Source of the DNA: Pirellulales bacterium
GTDB lineage: Bacteria > Planctomycetota > Planctomycetia > Pirellulales > DATAWG01
Assembly: GCA_035939775.1 (NCBI GenBank)
Contig: DASZFO010000380.1
Span: forward strand, 6,577 to 70,576
Direction: 5' to 3'
Length of the DNA stretch: 64,000 nt
The first letter of the stretch is position 1, and the number at the start of each line of letters is the position of its first letter. The notes below the pieces were generated by a model. It was not told where the DNA came from. It saw only the letters and a list, made by a program, of their open reading frames with translations, and did no database searches. This document shows, piece by piece, positions 9,625-18,460 of this stretch. The translations under genes were made by a program, and so were the position numbers.

Positions 9625-10551
9625 ATGATTGAAACTCGCGATCTGACGAAAAAATACGGCGAGCTGTTCGCCGTCAAGTCGCTCGACATCAAGCTCGAGC
9701 CGGGGGACGTGTTCGGCTTCATCGGACCCAACGGGGCCGGCAAGACCACGGCGATGAAGATTCTGGCCACGCTCTTGAACCCCACCTGGGGCGAGGCCTA
9801 CATCTGCGGCAACTCGATCTACACGCGGCCGAAAGAGATTCGCCGGCTGATTGGCTTCATGCCCGATTTCTTCGGCGTCTACGACGACATGAAGGTGATC
9901 GAGTATCTGGAGTTCTTTGCCGCCGCCTATCGCATCAGCGGCCCAAAGCGGCGAAAGATTTGCAACGAGGTGCTCGATCTGGTGGGACTGGACTACAAGC
10001 GCGACGCGCTGGCCACGAGTCTCTCGCGCGGCATGACGCAAAGGCTCGGGCTGGCCCGCGTGTTGCTGCATGATCCGCAAGTGCTCCTGCTCGACGAGCC
10101 GGCCAGCGGGCTCGATCCGCGGGTGCGGATCGAGATTCGCCGAGTGATCAAGCACCTCGGTCAGTCGGGCAAGACGATCATGGTCTCCAGCCACATCTTG
10201 CCCGAGCTGGCCGACATGTGCAATAAGATCGGGATCATCGAAAAGGGAGAACTGTTGGTGAACGCGGACGTGGGCGAGGTGATGAAGCTAGTCCGCCGCC
10301 AGGTGGTGCTGCAAATCTCGATCGCGGGCGACCAGCAGCCCGCCGCCCGCTTGCTCGAGCAACATCCGCACGTCCAGCAGATCGAGCTGCGCGACGGCCT
10401 GGTTTCCGTCACTCTTCGCGAAGGAATCACGGACTACAGCGATTTCGCCGGCTTGTTGATCTCCGCCGGGCACAAGCTGACACTCTTGCGCGAAGACGAA
10501 TTGAACCTTGAGACCGCCTTCATGGCGCTTACCAAGGGAATCACGGCCTAG
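9625..10551 (+). CDS. ABC transporter ATP-binding protein
   Basis: 308 aa. Walker A GPNGAGKTT, signature LSRGMTQRL, Walker B LLLDEPASGLD. No adjacent permease gene. Confidence 0.9.
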   Translation: MIETRDLTKKYGELFAVKSLDIKLEPGDVFGFIGPNGAGKTTAMKILATLLNPTWGEAYICGNSIYTRPKEIRRLIGFMPDFFGVYDDMKVIEYLEFFAAAYRISGPKRRKICNEVLDLVGLDYKRDALATSLSRGMTQRLGLARVLLHDPQVLLLDEPASGLDPRVRIEIRRVIKHLGQSGKTIMVSSHILPELADMCNKIGIIEKGELLVNADVGEVMKLVRRQVVLQISIAGDQQPAARLLEQHPHVQQIELRDGLVSVTLREGITDYSDFAGLLISAGHKLTLLREDELNLETAFMALTKGITA

Positions 10552-10670
10552 TTTTGCCCATATCCCCCAATCCGCATACCCCGAACCGTGGGCGATACGC
10601 TAGAATTCGATGTGGAGCGATCGTGGCTCCGAACAGAGGCAAGCGGCCTATTTCTCAAAGGAAACGAACC

Positions 10671-11459
10671 ATGCAGTTACGCTGGATTTTAGGATTTGCA
10701 ATAGCGTTGTCGACGATCGCGGGAGTGACCAAGGCTCAGCAGCCCCAAAGGTCCGGACCAGCCGATACGGCGGCACCTTCTGGCGGCGCGGACAGCACCG
10801 CCCCGAAAACTGGCAAAGAACGTTCCAGTTACGCTGTCGGCATCGATATTGGCCGCGGTCTGAAGGCTCAGGGCCTGGAAGTCGATGCCAATTCGCTGGT
10901 CAGGGGACTCACCGACGCCTTGGGGGGAAGCAAGCCGATGCTCTCCGACAAGGAATTGGCCGCGGCGATGGCCGACCTTCAGAAGACGGCCACCGCGCGG
11001 GCACAAGAAATGATGACAAGGCTGGCCGAGAGGAATAAGAAAGACGGCGATGCCTTTCTCGCCGACAACAAAAAGAAGGAAGGGGTGAAGACGCTCCCCA
11101 GCGGACTTCAGTACAAAGTGGTCAAGGAAGGGAACGGGGCGACGCCGCGAAAGACCGACATCGTCACGACGCATTATCGGGGCACTTTCCTCGACGGCAC
11201 CGAGTTCGACAGCTCCTATCGCCGCAACGAGCCGGCCAAGTTTCCCGTCAATCGCGTAATCAAAGGCTGGACGGAAGCGTTGCAGTTGATGAAGGTCGGA
11301 GATAAGTGGCAGCTATTCATCCCGTCGGATTTGGCCTACGGCGAACAAGGGATGGGCCAAGACATCCCGCCGAATGCCACGCTGATCTTCGACATCGAAT
11401 TGTTGGACGTGAAGCCAGCCGCCGCCAACGGGGAGACATTGCCCGGACAGAACCAATGA
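10671..11459 (+). CDS. FKBP-type peptidyl-prolyl cis-trans isomerase (Mip/FkpA-like, secreted)
   Basis: Internal ATG at 10671 gives the signal peptide MQLRWILGFAIALSTIAGVTKAQQ. FKBP core: YRGTFLDGTEFDSSY..VIKGWTEALQLM..IPPNATLIFDIELLDV. Confidence 0.9.
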   Translation: MQLRWILGFAIALSTIAGVTKAQQPQRSGPADTAAPSGGADSTAPKTGKERSSYAVGIDIGRGLKAQGLEVDANSLVRGLTDALGGSKPMLSDKELAAAMADLQKTATARAQEMMTRLAERNKKDGDAFLADNKKKEGVKTLPSGLQYKVVKEGNGATPRKTDIVTTHYRGTFLDGTEFDSSYRRNEPAKFPVNRVIKGWTEALQLMKVGDKWQLFIPSDLAYGEQGMGQDIPPNATLIFDIELLDVKPAAANGETLPGQNQ

Positions 11460-12757
11460 AAAAAGTAGAAAGTAGACCGCCGATTGACGCTCGCGTGGGC
11501 ATGGCACCCGTGCGTTGGCCTTTCGTTCTTGCCGTCGCGGCTGCCATCGCGTTGCCGCCGAATCTCTCGCGCGCGCAAGTCAAGCCGACGGCCAAGCTTT
11601 CCAAGCAGGGATTGGAGGAAGCCCGTAACCGGATGGTCGATGAGGAGGTGATTGCCGCGGGGGTCAAGGATCCACGCGTAGTGCAGTCGATGCGGGCGAC
11701 GCCGCGGCACGAGTTCGTTACCCAATCGCAATGGCCGCTGGCCTATTACGACATGTCGTTGCCGATCGGCGACGGGCAGACGATCTCGCCCCCCGTGATC
11801 GTGGCCTATATGACCGAGCAGCTCGATCCCCAGCCAAACGACAAAGTGCTTGAAATCGGCACTGGCAGCGGCTATCAGGCGGCGGTGCTCAGCCCGTTGG
11901 TCAAGGACGTCTACTCGATCGAGATAGTCGAGCGACTCGGCAAGCATGCCGAGGCGACGCTCAAGCGGCTCAAATACGCGAACGTTCACACCAAGATCGG
12001 CGACGGCTATCTCGGTTGGCCCGATCAAGCCCCTTTCGACAAGATCATCGTCACTTGCTCTCCGGAAAAGGTGCCGCAGGCGCTAGTCGATCAACTCAAG
12101 GAAGGGGGCCGGATGCTCGTTCCGGTCGGCGAGCGATACGAGCAGGTGCTGTATCTGTTCAAGAAGGAGGAGGGCAAGCTCAAATCAGAAGCGCTGCTTC
12201 CGACGCTCTTTGTTCCGATGACCGGCAAGGCGGAAGATCAGCGGCAGGTGAAGCCCGATCCGCTTCATCCGAAGCTCGTCAACGGCAGCTTCGAGGAAAT
12301 CACGGGAACGGCCGGGGAGCCGGTCGGCTGGTATTACTGCCGGCAAATGAAGGTCGTGACCGACAAAGCCGCCCCCGACGGCCAGCGCTACGTGACTTTC
12401 TCGAACACAGAGCCAGGACGCGGCTGCCGAGCTATGCAAGGTTTTGCGATCGACGGTCGCCAGGTTCGCGAGATCGAGGTTTCGAGCATGGTCCGCGGCA
12501 GAAACATTCGCTATGGACCGTCGCGAGAAAACGATCAGCCGCAGGTATCCGTCACTTATTACGACGAGAATCGCAAAATCCTGGGGCGCGATTTCATCGG
12601 CGATTTCCCCGCCAATTTCGGGTGGCAGAAGAAACAGGCTCGATTCAAGGTGCCGGCCGCGGCGCGCGAGGCGCTCATCCACATCGGCCTCTTAGGGGCG
12701 ACGGGGGAAGTCTCCTACGACGATGTTCAGCTCCACGCGATCAGTAGCGCCAAATGA
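11456..12757 (+). CDS. pcm: Protein-L-isoaspartate O-methyltransferase with N-terminal signal/anchor and an extra C-terminal domain of about 170 aa
   Basis: Start taken at MKKVESRPP (ATGA overlap with the FKBP stop, coordinates from the ORF track). PIMT core: RHEFV..VLEIGTGSGYQAAVL..GGRMLVPVG. The C-terminal segment NGSFEEITG..GWYY.. looks jelly-roll-like. Confidence 0.8.
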   Translation: MKKVESRPPIDARVGMAPVRWPFVLAVAAAIALPPNLSRAQVKPTAKLSKQGLEEARNRMVDEEVIAAGVKDPRVVQSMRATPRHEFVTQSQWPLAYYDMSLPIGDGQTISPPVIVAYMTEQLDPQPNDKVLEIGTGSGYQAAVLSPLVKDVYSIEIVERLGKHAEATLKRLKYANVHTKIGDGYLGWPDQAPFDKIIVTCSPEKVPQALVDQLKEGGRMLVPVGERYEQVLYLFKKEEGKLKSEALLPTLFVPMTGKAEDQRQVKPDPLHPKLVNGSFEEITGTAGEPVGWYYCRQMKVVTDKAAPDGQRYVTFSNTEPGRGCRAMQGFAIDGRQVREIEVSSMVRGRNIRYGPSRENDQPQVSVTYYDENRKILGRDFIGDFPANFGWQKKQARFKVPAAAREALIHIGLLGATGEVSYDDVQLHAISSAK

Positions 12758-12910
12758 AGCGCGCGGGCTGACGAAAGAGGTAGGATGTGTCAAGCGAAGC
12801 GCCGACGCACCGATGTTGACCGCGCAATCGAGCCCACGGTGCCTCTGCGCGGAGGACCGCTTGACACACCCTGACGAAGTGAATTCGCTTCTGACGGTTC
12901 CGTTCATGGT

Positions 12911-14002
12911 TCATTGATATCCGGGCCGCGAGCCGACGTTGACCACTAACCCCAGCCCGAGCGCATTGGCGATCAACCCCGATCCACCATAGCTGATGAG
13001 CGGCAGGGGCAACCCGGTAATTGGAAAAAGTCCAGCGAGCATCCCGGTGTTGACTGCCGCCTGGAACGCGATCATCGCCATCACTCCCACCACGAGGAGC
13101 CGGCCGAACGCTTCTCGTGTCTCTTGCGCGATTGCCAGTCCGCGCCAAACCAATAGAAAGTAGAGCAGGAGAACGATTCCGCAGCCGATGATCCCATATC
13201 GTTCGCCAAGCACGCTGAAGATCGAGTCGGTGTGCGGTTCGGGAACCCGGCGGTCGATCGCTGCGTCGTCCACGTCGGTTTCAATCGCGCTTCCCCGCCA
13301 GCCCCCCAACGCAAACATCCGCTTTGCCTGATGCAGATGATAGCCGGCCGGGGTCGGCGACTGCCGGGGGAGGTTCTGTTCCCAAAGCGCCGTCACCCGC
13401 GACCGCTGATCGCCGCTCATTTGCGACCAGAGCGCAGGAATCGTTGCCACGCCGAGCAAGATAATGGCAACCAGATGCGGCAGCCGCGCACCGGCCGCAA
13501 GCGTCATGGCCAGCAGCACCGGCACGAAGACGAGCGAAGTTCCTAGATCGGGTTCTTTGAGAATCAGCCACAGCGGCACGAGCGTCATCGCCAGCGGCGC
13601 GACCAGACCGCTAAACTGCCGACCCGTGTCGCGATACGCCAAATAGCGCGCCAGCGCCACCACGAACGCGATCTTCGCGAACTCGGATGGCTGGAATCCA
13701 ACGCCGCCGGCGCGAATCCAGCGATGAGCGCCGTTAACCGGCGCGAAAAAGTAAACTGCGGTCAGGAGCAAAAGCATCGTGACGAACCCAGCATAGCTCC
13801 AGCGACTTGCCAGCCGATAGTTCGGGACCGCCACAGCGAACATGACCGTTAGCGCCAGGATTGACCAGACCGTCTGATGGCATACGGTTCCCGGCGCCAC
13901 TTCGGCGATTTCTTCGCAGCGGGCGACCCCAAGCCAGCCGCACGCCATAATCAAGCCAGCCACGAGTGGAATTGCCCACGGGATCCGTCGCCAGGAAACC
14001 AT
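12911..14002 (-). CDS. FtsW/RodA/SpoVE (SEDS) family protein
   Basis: 363 aa polytopic membrane protein. C-terminal SEDS signature LPLISYGGSGLIANALGLGLVVNV. Confidence 0.85.
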   Translation of the reverse strand: MVSWRRIPWAIPLVAGLIMACGWLGVARCEEIAEVAPGTVCHQTVWSILALTVMFAVAVPNYRLASRWSYAGFVTMLLLLTAVYFFAPVNGAHRWIRAGGVGFQPSEFAKIAFVVALARYLAYRDTGRQFSGLVAPLAMTLVPLWLILKEPDLGTSLVFVPVLLAMTLAAGARLPHLVAIILLGVATIPALWSQMSGDQRSRVTALWEQNLPRQSPTPAGYHLHQAKRMFALGGWRGSAIETDVDDAAIDRRVPEPHTDSIFSVLGERYGIIGCGIVLLLYFLLVWRGLAIAQETREAFGRLLVVGVMAMIAFQAAVNTGMLAGLFPITGLPLPLISYGGSGLIANALGLGLVVNVGSRPGYQ

Positions 14003-14273
14003 TGCTAACCAGGGTGTTTGAGCCGTAAATCAAGAAACGATCGCGGCGACCGGTCGTGCGGATTATAGGAGCGCAAGCGAGCGGGCCCAATCGCAATCGC
14101 TTATGACGCTTGAGATTGCGCCGTGCTAGTCAAAGTTTATGTAGAATTTCCAGACTTTCCCTGCGGAAAAAAACCCCCAAACTACTTGAATTAAGAAAAG
14201 TCCTCTGTATCTTTGCTTGTAGGCCCGTGGGACTATGGATTCCGTTTTACCTTTACAGGGGGAGCGAGACACG

Positions 14274-15221
14274 ATGTTGCGACTGAAACTGACAAAGTGG
14301 CTGGTTGGATTTGCGGTATTGGCCGGCACGCTCGCGCTGGGCGCGGGCCGGGCCGATGCTCATCTCCACCATGGAAGTTGGGGATCCTGCGGTTCGTCTG
14401 GCGGAAGCTGGGGATCGCACGGCTCCTGGGGAAGTTGCGGTAGCTGCGGGTACGTAGTGTCGTGCTATTCGAGCGGCGGTAGCTGGGGATCCAGCGGCGG
14501 CAGTTGGGGATCGAGTGGCGGAAGCTGGGGATCAAGCGGCGGTAGTTGGGGATCGAGCGGCGGCAGTTGGGGATCAAGCGGCGGCGTCTATTACTCCGCT
14601 CCGGCCGCTCCAGATTCGGCACCGATGGCTCCCACGCCTCCGATGGGCCCTGGCGCTCCGGTGGCGCCCAAGCCCCCCACTCCTGGCAGCACCTACGCTC
14701 AGCCTGATGCCGGCTATCTCTTGGTAAGTGTTCCCACCGACGCCAAAGTGTTCGTCAACGGCCATGCGACCACTAGCACTGGCGCAGAACGGCAGTATGT
14801 TTCACGCGGGCTGGAAGACGGTCAGCGTTACTCGTATGAAGTGCGAGCCGAGATCATCCGCGATGGCAAGACGGTGACCGAAACGAAGATCGCTCAATTG
14901 ACGGCCGGCGGCATGGCTAACGTGTCGTTCTCATTCGCGGGTGCTCCGCAGACTGCTTCGACCAAAGCCCCGCGGACCGCGCTGAAAGTGAATGTGCCGT
15001 CCGATGCGAAAGTGTTCCTATCGGGCAAGGAGACTAGTTCGACCGGTCCGGTTCGTGAGTTCAGCACGACGGCGCTGGCCGATGGTTCGACTTGGGACAA
15101 CTACACGGTCCGTGTCGTGAGCCAGGGCGAGACTAAGGAACAAACAATCTCGTTGAAGGCCGGCGAAAGCCGCGAATTGAGTTTCGATTTTGGCGCGTCC
15201 GAAGTCGCTTCGGCCCGCTAG
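14274..15221 (+). CDS. Secreted Gly/Ser/Trp-repeat protein with two TIGR03000-like (Planctomycete) domains
   Basis: Signal peptide MLRLKLTKWLVGFAVLAGTLALGAGRADA. SGGSWGS repeats follow. Two units match the pattern xLxVxVPxDAKVFxxGxxTxSTG..R.F..: YLLVSVPTDAKVFVNGHATTSTG and ALKVNVPSDAKVFLSGKETSSTG. Confidence 0.65.
   Translation: MLRLKLTKWLVGFAVLAGTLALGAGRADAHLHHGSWGSCGSSGGSWGSHGSWGSCGSCGYVVSCYSSGGSWGSSGGSWGSSGGSWGSSGGSWGSSGGSWGSSGGVYYSAPAAPDSAPMAPTPPMGPGAPVAPKPPTPGSTYAQPDAGYLLVSVPTDAKVFVNGHATTSTGAERQYVSRGLEDGQRYSYEVRAEIIRDGKTVTETKIAQLTAGGMANVSFSFAGAPQTASTKAPRTALKVNVPSDAKVFLSGKETSSTGPVREFSTTALADGSTWDNYTVRVVSQGETKEQTISLKAGESRELSFDFGASEVASAR
14471..14584 (+). repeat. 21-bp tandem repeat x about 5.4 encoding SGGSWGS
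   Basis: Units read directly: agcggcggtagctggggatcc / agcggcggcagttggggatcg / agtggcggaagctggggatca / agcggcggtagttggggatcg / agcggcggcagttggggatca / agcggcggc. Differences between units are synonymous. Degenerate copies extend upstream from about 14370. Confidence 0.9.
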
Positions 15222-15263
15222 ATTTCGCGAGAGCGACTTCGTAGACAACTTGACAGTTTGGAC

Positions 15264-15298
15264 CACCCTCGCGCAGGATGTCTGCGCGAGGGTGTTTT
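15264..15298 (+). terminator. Rho-independent terminator after the TIGR03000-domain gene
   Basis: Perfect 13-bp stem CACCCTCGCGCAG-gatgt-CTGCGCGAGGGTG followed by TTTT. Confidence 0.85.
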
Positions 15299-15469
15299 CA
15301 TTTGGCGAACATTGAAATGCTGAGGACGCGGACAGCGCTGCGACGATAGCGGACGTCGATCCTCGGCACCATGAAAACCCTTGTGCCGGTTTTGCAGCTT
15401 TCGACAACCATTTGGCCGCGCACAATCCGGGTCATTCGGCGTACCGGCGGCCGTCGATAAAGTGTATTG

Positions 15470-16261
15470 ATGGGGACGCCCTCACCAATCCGATCCCAGC
15501 CAGAAAAGCGTTCGACCACGCAATCGGCGCGCACACAGGATGCGGATCCGTCTCCGGTAGCACGCGATCCCAATGCCAAATCAGGACTGGCGCCACGGGC
15601 CGCCGACGAATCGCTCAAGGCATCGTGGCCGCCCGCGGTGCGCGGCATCGTGAGCGCGCTCGTCCTGTTTCATTTGACGGCCGCGATCGTGGCCGCGTTG
15701 GTCGCGGCGCCTCCCTATAGTGAATTGTCGTTGGAGGCGGCCCGCATCTTTCGCCCCTATGTGAATGCCGCCGACCTAAACCACGGCTATCGCTTTTTTG
15801 CCCCCGATCCGGGTCCGAGCCACCTCGTGCGATATCATCTGGAATTCGCGGATGGATCGAAACGCGACGGCAAGTTTCCCGATCTCGATCAAGAGCGCCC
15901 GCGGCTGCTGTATCACCGCTACTTCATGCTCAGCGAGCACCTTTTCGGCCTCTACGGCGCGTGGCAGCAACTCCTGGAAAACAGTCGAGGGGATGTGCCA
16001 TTGGCAGAGCGCCAAGAGATGAATAAAGCTGCCCGCGATGCAGAAGCGCTTTACCGAGCGTTTGCCAAATCCTACGCCGATGAACTTTTGCGCCGCAACG
16101 GCGCGAAGCGAGTTACGCTGGAACTCGTCGAGCACGTCATCCCACGTCCCGATGACGTGGCCGCGGGACGGCAGCGGCTCGATGACCCGGCGCTCTTTAG
16201 CGTCAAGGACAAGCTGGGGCCATTCAGTGAGGGTGGAGCGCTCGAGGAACTGCAGCCGTGA
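15470..16261 (+). CDS. Hypothetical membrane protein, partner of the HTTM gene
   Basis: ATG at 15470 (the track starts 3 nt earlier at a TTG). One TM helix IVSALVLFHLTAAIVAALVAA. Stop overlaps the next start (GTGA at 16258-16261). Confidence 0.55.
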   Translation: MGTPSPIRSQPEKRSTTQSARTQDADPSPVARDPNAKSGLAPRAADESLKASWPPAVRGIVSALVLFHLTAAIVAALVAAPPYSELSLEAARIFRPYVNAADLNHGYRFFAPDPGPSHLVRYHLEFADGSKRDGKFPDLDQERPRLLYHRYFMLSEHLFGLYGAWQQLLENSRGDVPLAERQEMNKAARDAEALYRAFAKSYADELLRRNGAKRVTLELVEHVIPRPDDVAAGRQRLDDPALFSVKDKLGPFSEGGALEELQP

Positions 16262-17235
16262 AACTGCTCGCCGATTATTTCCGCGACTTATTCCGCGCCA
16301 CGGTCGCCGGCTGGGACCGCTTCTGGTTCATGCCCGCCGATCCGGCCACGCTGGGCCTGATTCGCATCCTCGCCGGAAGCATGCTCTTCTACACGCATCT
16401 GATCTGGTCGCTCGATCTGGAATCGTTTTTTGGCAATCGCGGCTGGTTGTCGCCGGACGTGCTCGGACGGATGCCGGAACGAGTCGGCGCATGGACTTAC
16501 TTCGATTGGATTCATGCGAGCGGCACCCTCTGGACTGCGCACATCGCGGCACTCATGGTGTTCGCAATGTTGACCGTCGGCTTGTTCAGCCGCACGATGT
16601 CAGTGCTTGCCTATCTGATCACCGTCTCGTACGCCAACCGAGTTCCGCTGGCGTGGTTTGGCCTCGACGACATCAATGCGCTGTTGGCGATGTATCTGAT
16701 GGTCGGTCCCAGCGGGGCGGCCTTTTCGCTGGATCGTCTCTGGGCGCGGGGCAGGGCAGGGCCGCCGCTAGCAGTCCAGCCGAGCGTCGGGGCCAACTTG
16801 GCGATTCGGCTGATTCAGATCCACATGTGCATCGTGTATCTGTTTTCGGCAATGGGTAAGCTTACGGGGGAGAGTTGGTGGGCAGGATCGGCGATCTGGC
16901 TCTCGGTTGGGAATCTCGAATATCAGTCGCTCGACATGACATGGCTGGCCGGTCATCTCCTCTTGGTCAATTTCCTGACGCATGCGACCGTCTTTTGGGA
17001 ACTCTCGTATTGTGTGCTCGTCTGGCCGCGGCTGTTGCGGCCGCTGGTGATCGCGATGGCGGTGCCGATCCATCTGGGAATCGCCGTTGCGCTCGGCATG
17101 CCAACCTTCGGCCTGGTGATGCTGATCGGCAACGCCGCCTTTATCTCACCGGCGCTCGTCCGCAAGCTCCTCGATCGCCGAACGGAGCAGGGCAGGGGAG
17201 GGGAGGCGGTTGAATTGGAACCCGTGTCCGCGTGA
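16258..17235 (+). CDS. HTTM-domain (vitamin K-dependent gamma-carboxylase-like) polytopic membrane protein
   Basis: 325 aa. N-terminal ADPATLGLIRILAGSMLFYTHLIW and ..GAAFSLDRLW.. resemble the HTTM fold family. Assignment is from memory of the family pattern. Confidence 0.55.
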   Translation: MKLLADYFRDLFRATVAGWDRFWFMPADPATLGLIRILAGSMLFYTHLIWSLDLESFFGNRGWLSPDVLGRMPERVGAWTYFDWIHASGTLWTAHIAALMVFAMLTVGLFSRTMSVLAYLITVSYANRVPLAWFGLDDINALLAMYLMVGPSGAAFSLDRLWARGRAGPPLAVQPSVGANLAIRLIQIHMCIVYLFSAMGKLTGESWWAGSAIWLSVGNLEYQSLDMTWLAGHLLLVNFLTHATVFWELSYCVLVWPRLLRPLVIAMAVPIHLGIAVALGMPTFGLVMLIGNAAFISPALVRKLLDRRTEQGRGGEAVELEPVSA

Positions 17236-17354
17236 GTCGCGGACTCGACCCCGGAATCGCTTCGGCTTATACTGAAAAACCGTTCGGTTGCAGATACTCT
17301 CACGAATCGAACGGCGTTTTCGGTGGTTGATTAGAGTCATTCAGGGAGCGCACG

Positions 17355-18404
17355 GTGTTTGAATCGATTGCTGTTGTCGGGGCGACCGGGGCGGTCGGGC
17401 GGATCATTCTTAAGCTGCTCGAGGAGCGGAACTTCCCGTTCGAGCGGATCAAGCTACTCGCTTCCGAGCGGTCGGCAGGAAAGACGGTCACGTTCGCTGG
17501 TCGGCCATATAAGGTCGAGGAACTGACGCCCGAGGCTTTTGCCGGCGTCGGCCTGGCCATTGGCAGCACGCCGGATGAGGTCGCTCGCGATTTCGCTCCT
17601 TGGGCCGTCGAGCGCGGCTCGGTCGTGGTGGACGAGAGCGGCTACTGGCGGATGAATCCGGAGGTGCCACTGGTGATTCCAGAAGTGAATCCCGATGCGG
17701 CCTTCGCGCATAAGGGAATCATCGCCAGCCCAAACTGCTCGACGACGCAGATGGTTGTGGCAATCAAGCCGCTGCACGATGCGGCGCGCGTCCGCCGGGT
17801 GGTCGTGAGCACATACCAAGCCACCAGCGGCGCCGGGCTTGGCGGCTGCCGCGACCTCGAATCCGGCACCCGGGCCCATTTGGCCGGCGACGATTACGTT
17901 TGCCAGACATTCGCCCACGATATCGCGTTCAACCTCATTCCGCAGATCGGCTCGTCGAAGCACGAGGGCTACACGTCGGAAGAAATGAAGATGGTCCACG
18001 AGACCCGGAAGATCATCGGGGACGACACGATCCAGATCTGTCCGACGTGCGTGCGCGTGCCCGTGAGCAATTGCCATAGCGAGAGCATCCTGGTCGAGAC
18101 GCAGCGCAAGCTCACGGTCGCCGAGGCCCGCGAGTTGTTCGCGCAAATGCCGGGCATCGTGGTCGTGGACGATCTCGACGCGAAGCGCTACCCGATGCCG
18201 AAGAATTGCGACGGCCGAGACGAGGTCTTCATCGGCCGGATTCGCGAGGATCTGTCGAGTCCCAACGGTCTGGCGTTCTGGTGCGTCAGCGATAACCTTC
18301 GTAAGGGAGCAGCGACGAATGCCGTGCAGATCGCCGAGCTGCTCGTGAGCAAAGGGGCCAGGGACGAGGGGAGAGGCGTGAGGGGCGCGAAAGTCGGCGT
18401 TTAG
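17355..18404 (+). CDS. asd: Aspartate-semialdehyde dehydrogenase
   Basis: GTG start preceded by AGGGAG. NAD-binding motif VGATGAVG. Active-site motif ASPNCSTTQ. The C-terminal tail ARDEGRGVRGAKVGV is encoded by a dispersed repeat. Confidence 0.95.
   Translation: MFESIAVVGATGAVGRIILKLLEERNFPFERIKLLASERSAGKTVTFAGRPYKVEELTPEAFAGVGLAIGSTPDEVARDFAPWAVERGSVVVDESGYWRMNPEVPLVIPEVNPDAAFAHKGIIASPNCSTTQMVVAIKPLHDAARVRRVVVSTYQATSGAGLGGCRDLESGTRAHLAGDDYVCQTFAHDIAFNLIPQIGSSKHEGYTSEEMKMVHETRKIIGDDTIQICPTCVRVPVSNCHSESILVETQRKLTVAEARELFAQMPGIVVVDDLDAKRYPMPKNCDGRDEVFIGRIREDLSSPNGLAFWCVSDNLRKGAATNAVQIAELLVSKGARDEGRGVRGAKVGV
18354..18389 (+). repeat. GGGACGAGGGG-type dispersed repeat copy inside the asd 3' end
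   Basis: Sequence ggggccagggacgaggggagaggcgtgaggggcgcg. It is related to the copies at 19226-19262 and, in reverse complement, 19353-19399. Confidence 0.6.
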
Positions 18405-18460
18405 CTGTGGCTCTGCCATCAAGCGAATCTGTCCATCGGGGCCTGCCGTGCCAGTTTTCG

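Noticed and set aside
12787-12867. 10-12 bp inverted repeat GTGTCAAGCG ... CGCTTGACAC between convergent pcm and the SEDS gene, considered as an ncRNA or terminator.
   Set aside because: The loop is long (about 60 nt), there is no T-run, and I cannot assess conservation. It is noted only as a possible structured spacer.
16038-16859. 273-aa + ORF spanning the junction of the 15470-16261 and HTTM genes.
   Set aside because: Out of frame with two coupled genes that have coherent TM topology. Its product is Arg/Ser-rich with no features.
17454-18422. 322-aa minus-strand ORF opposite asd.
   Set aside because: Antisense to an unambiguous asd gene.
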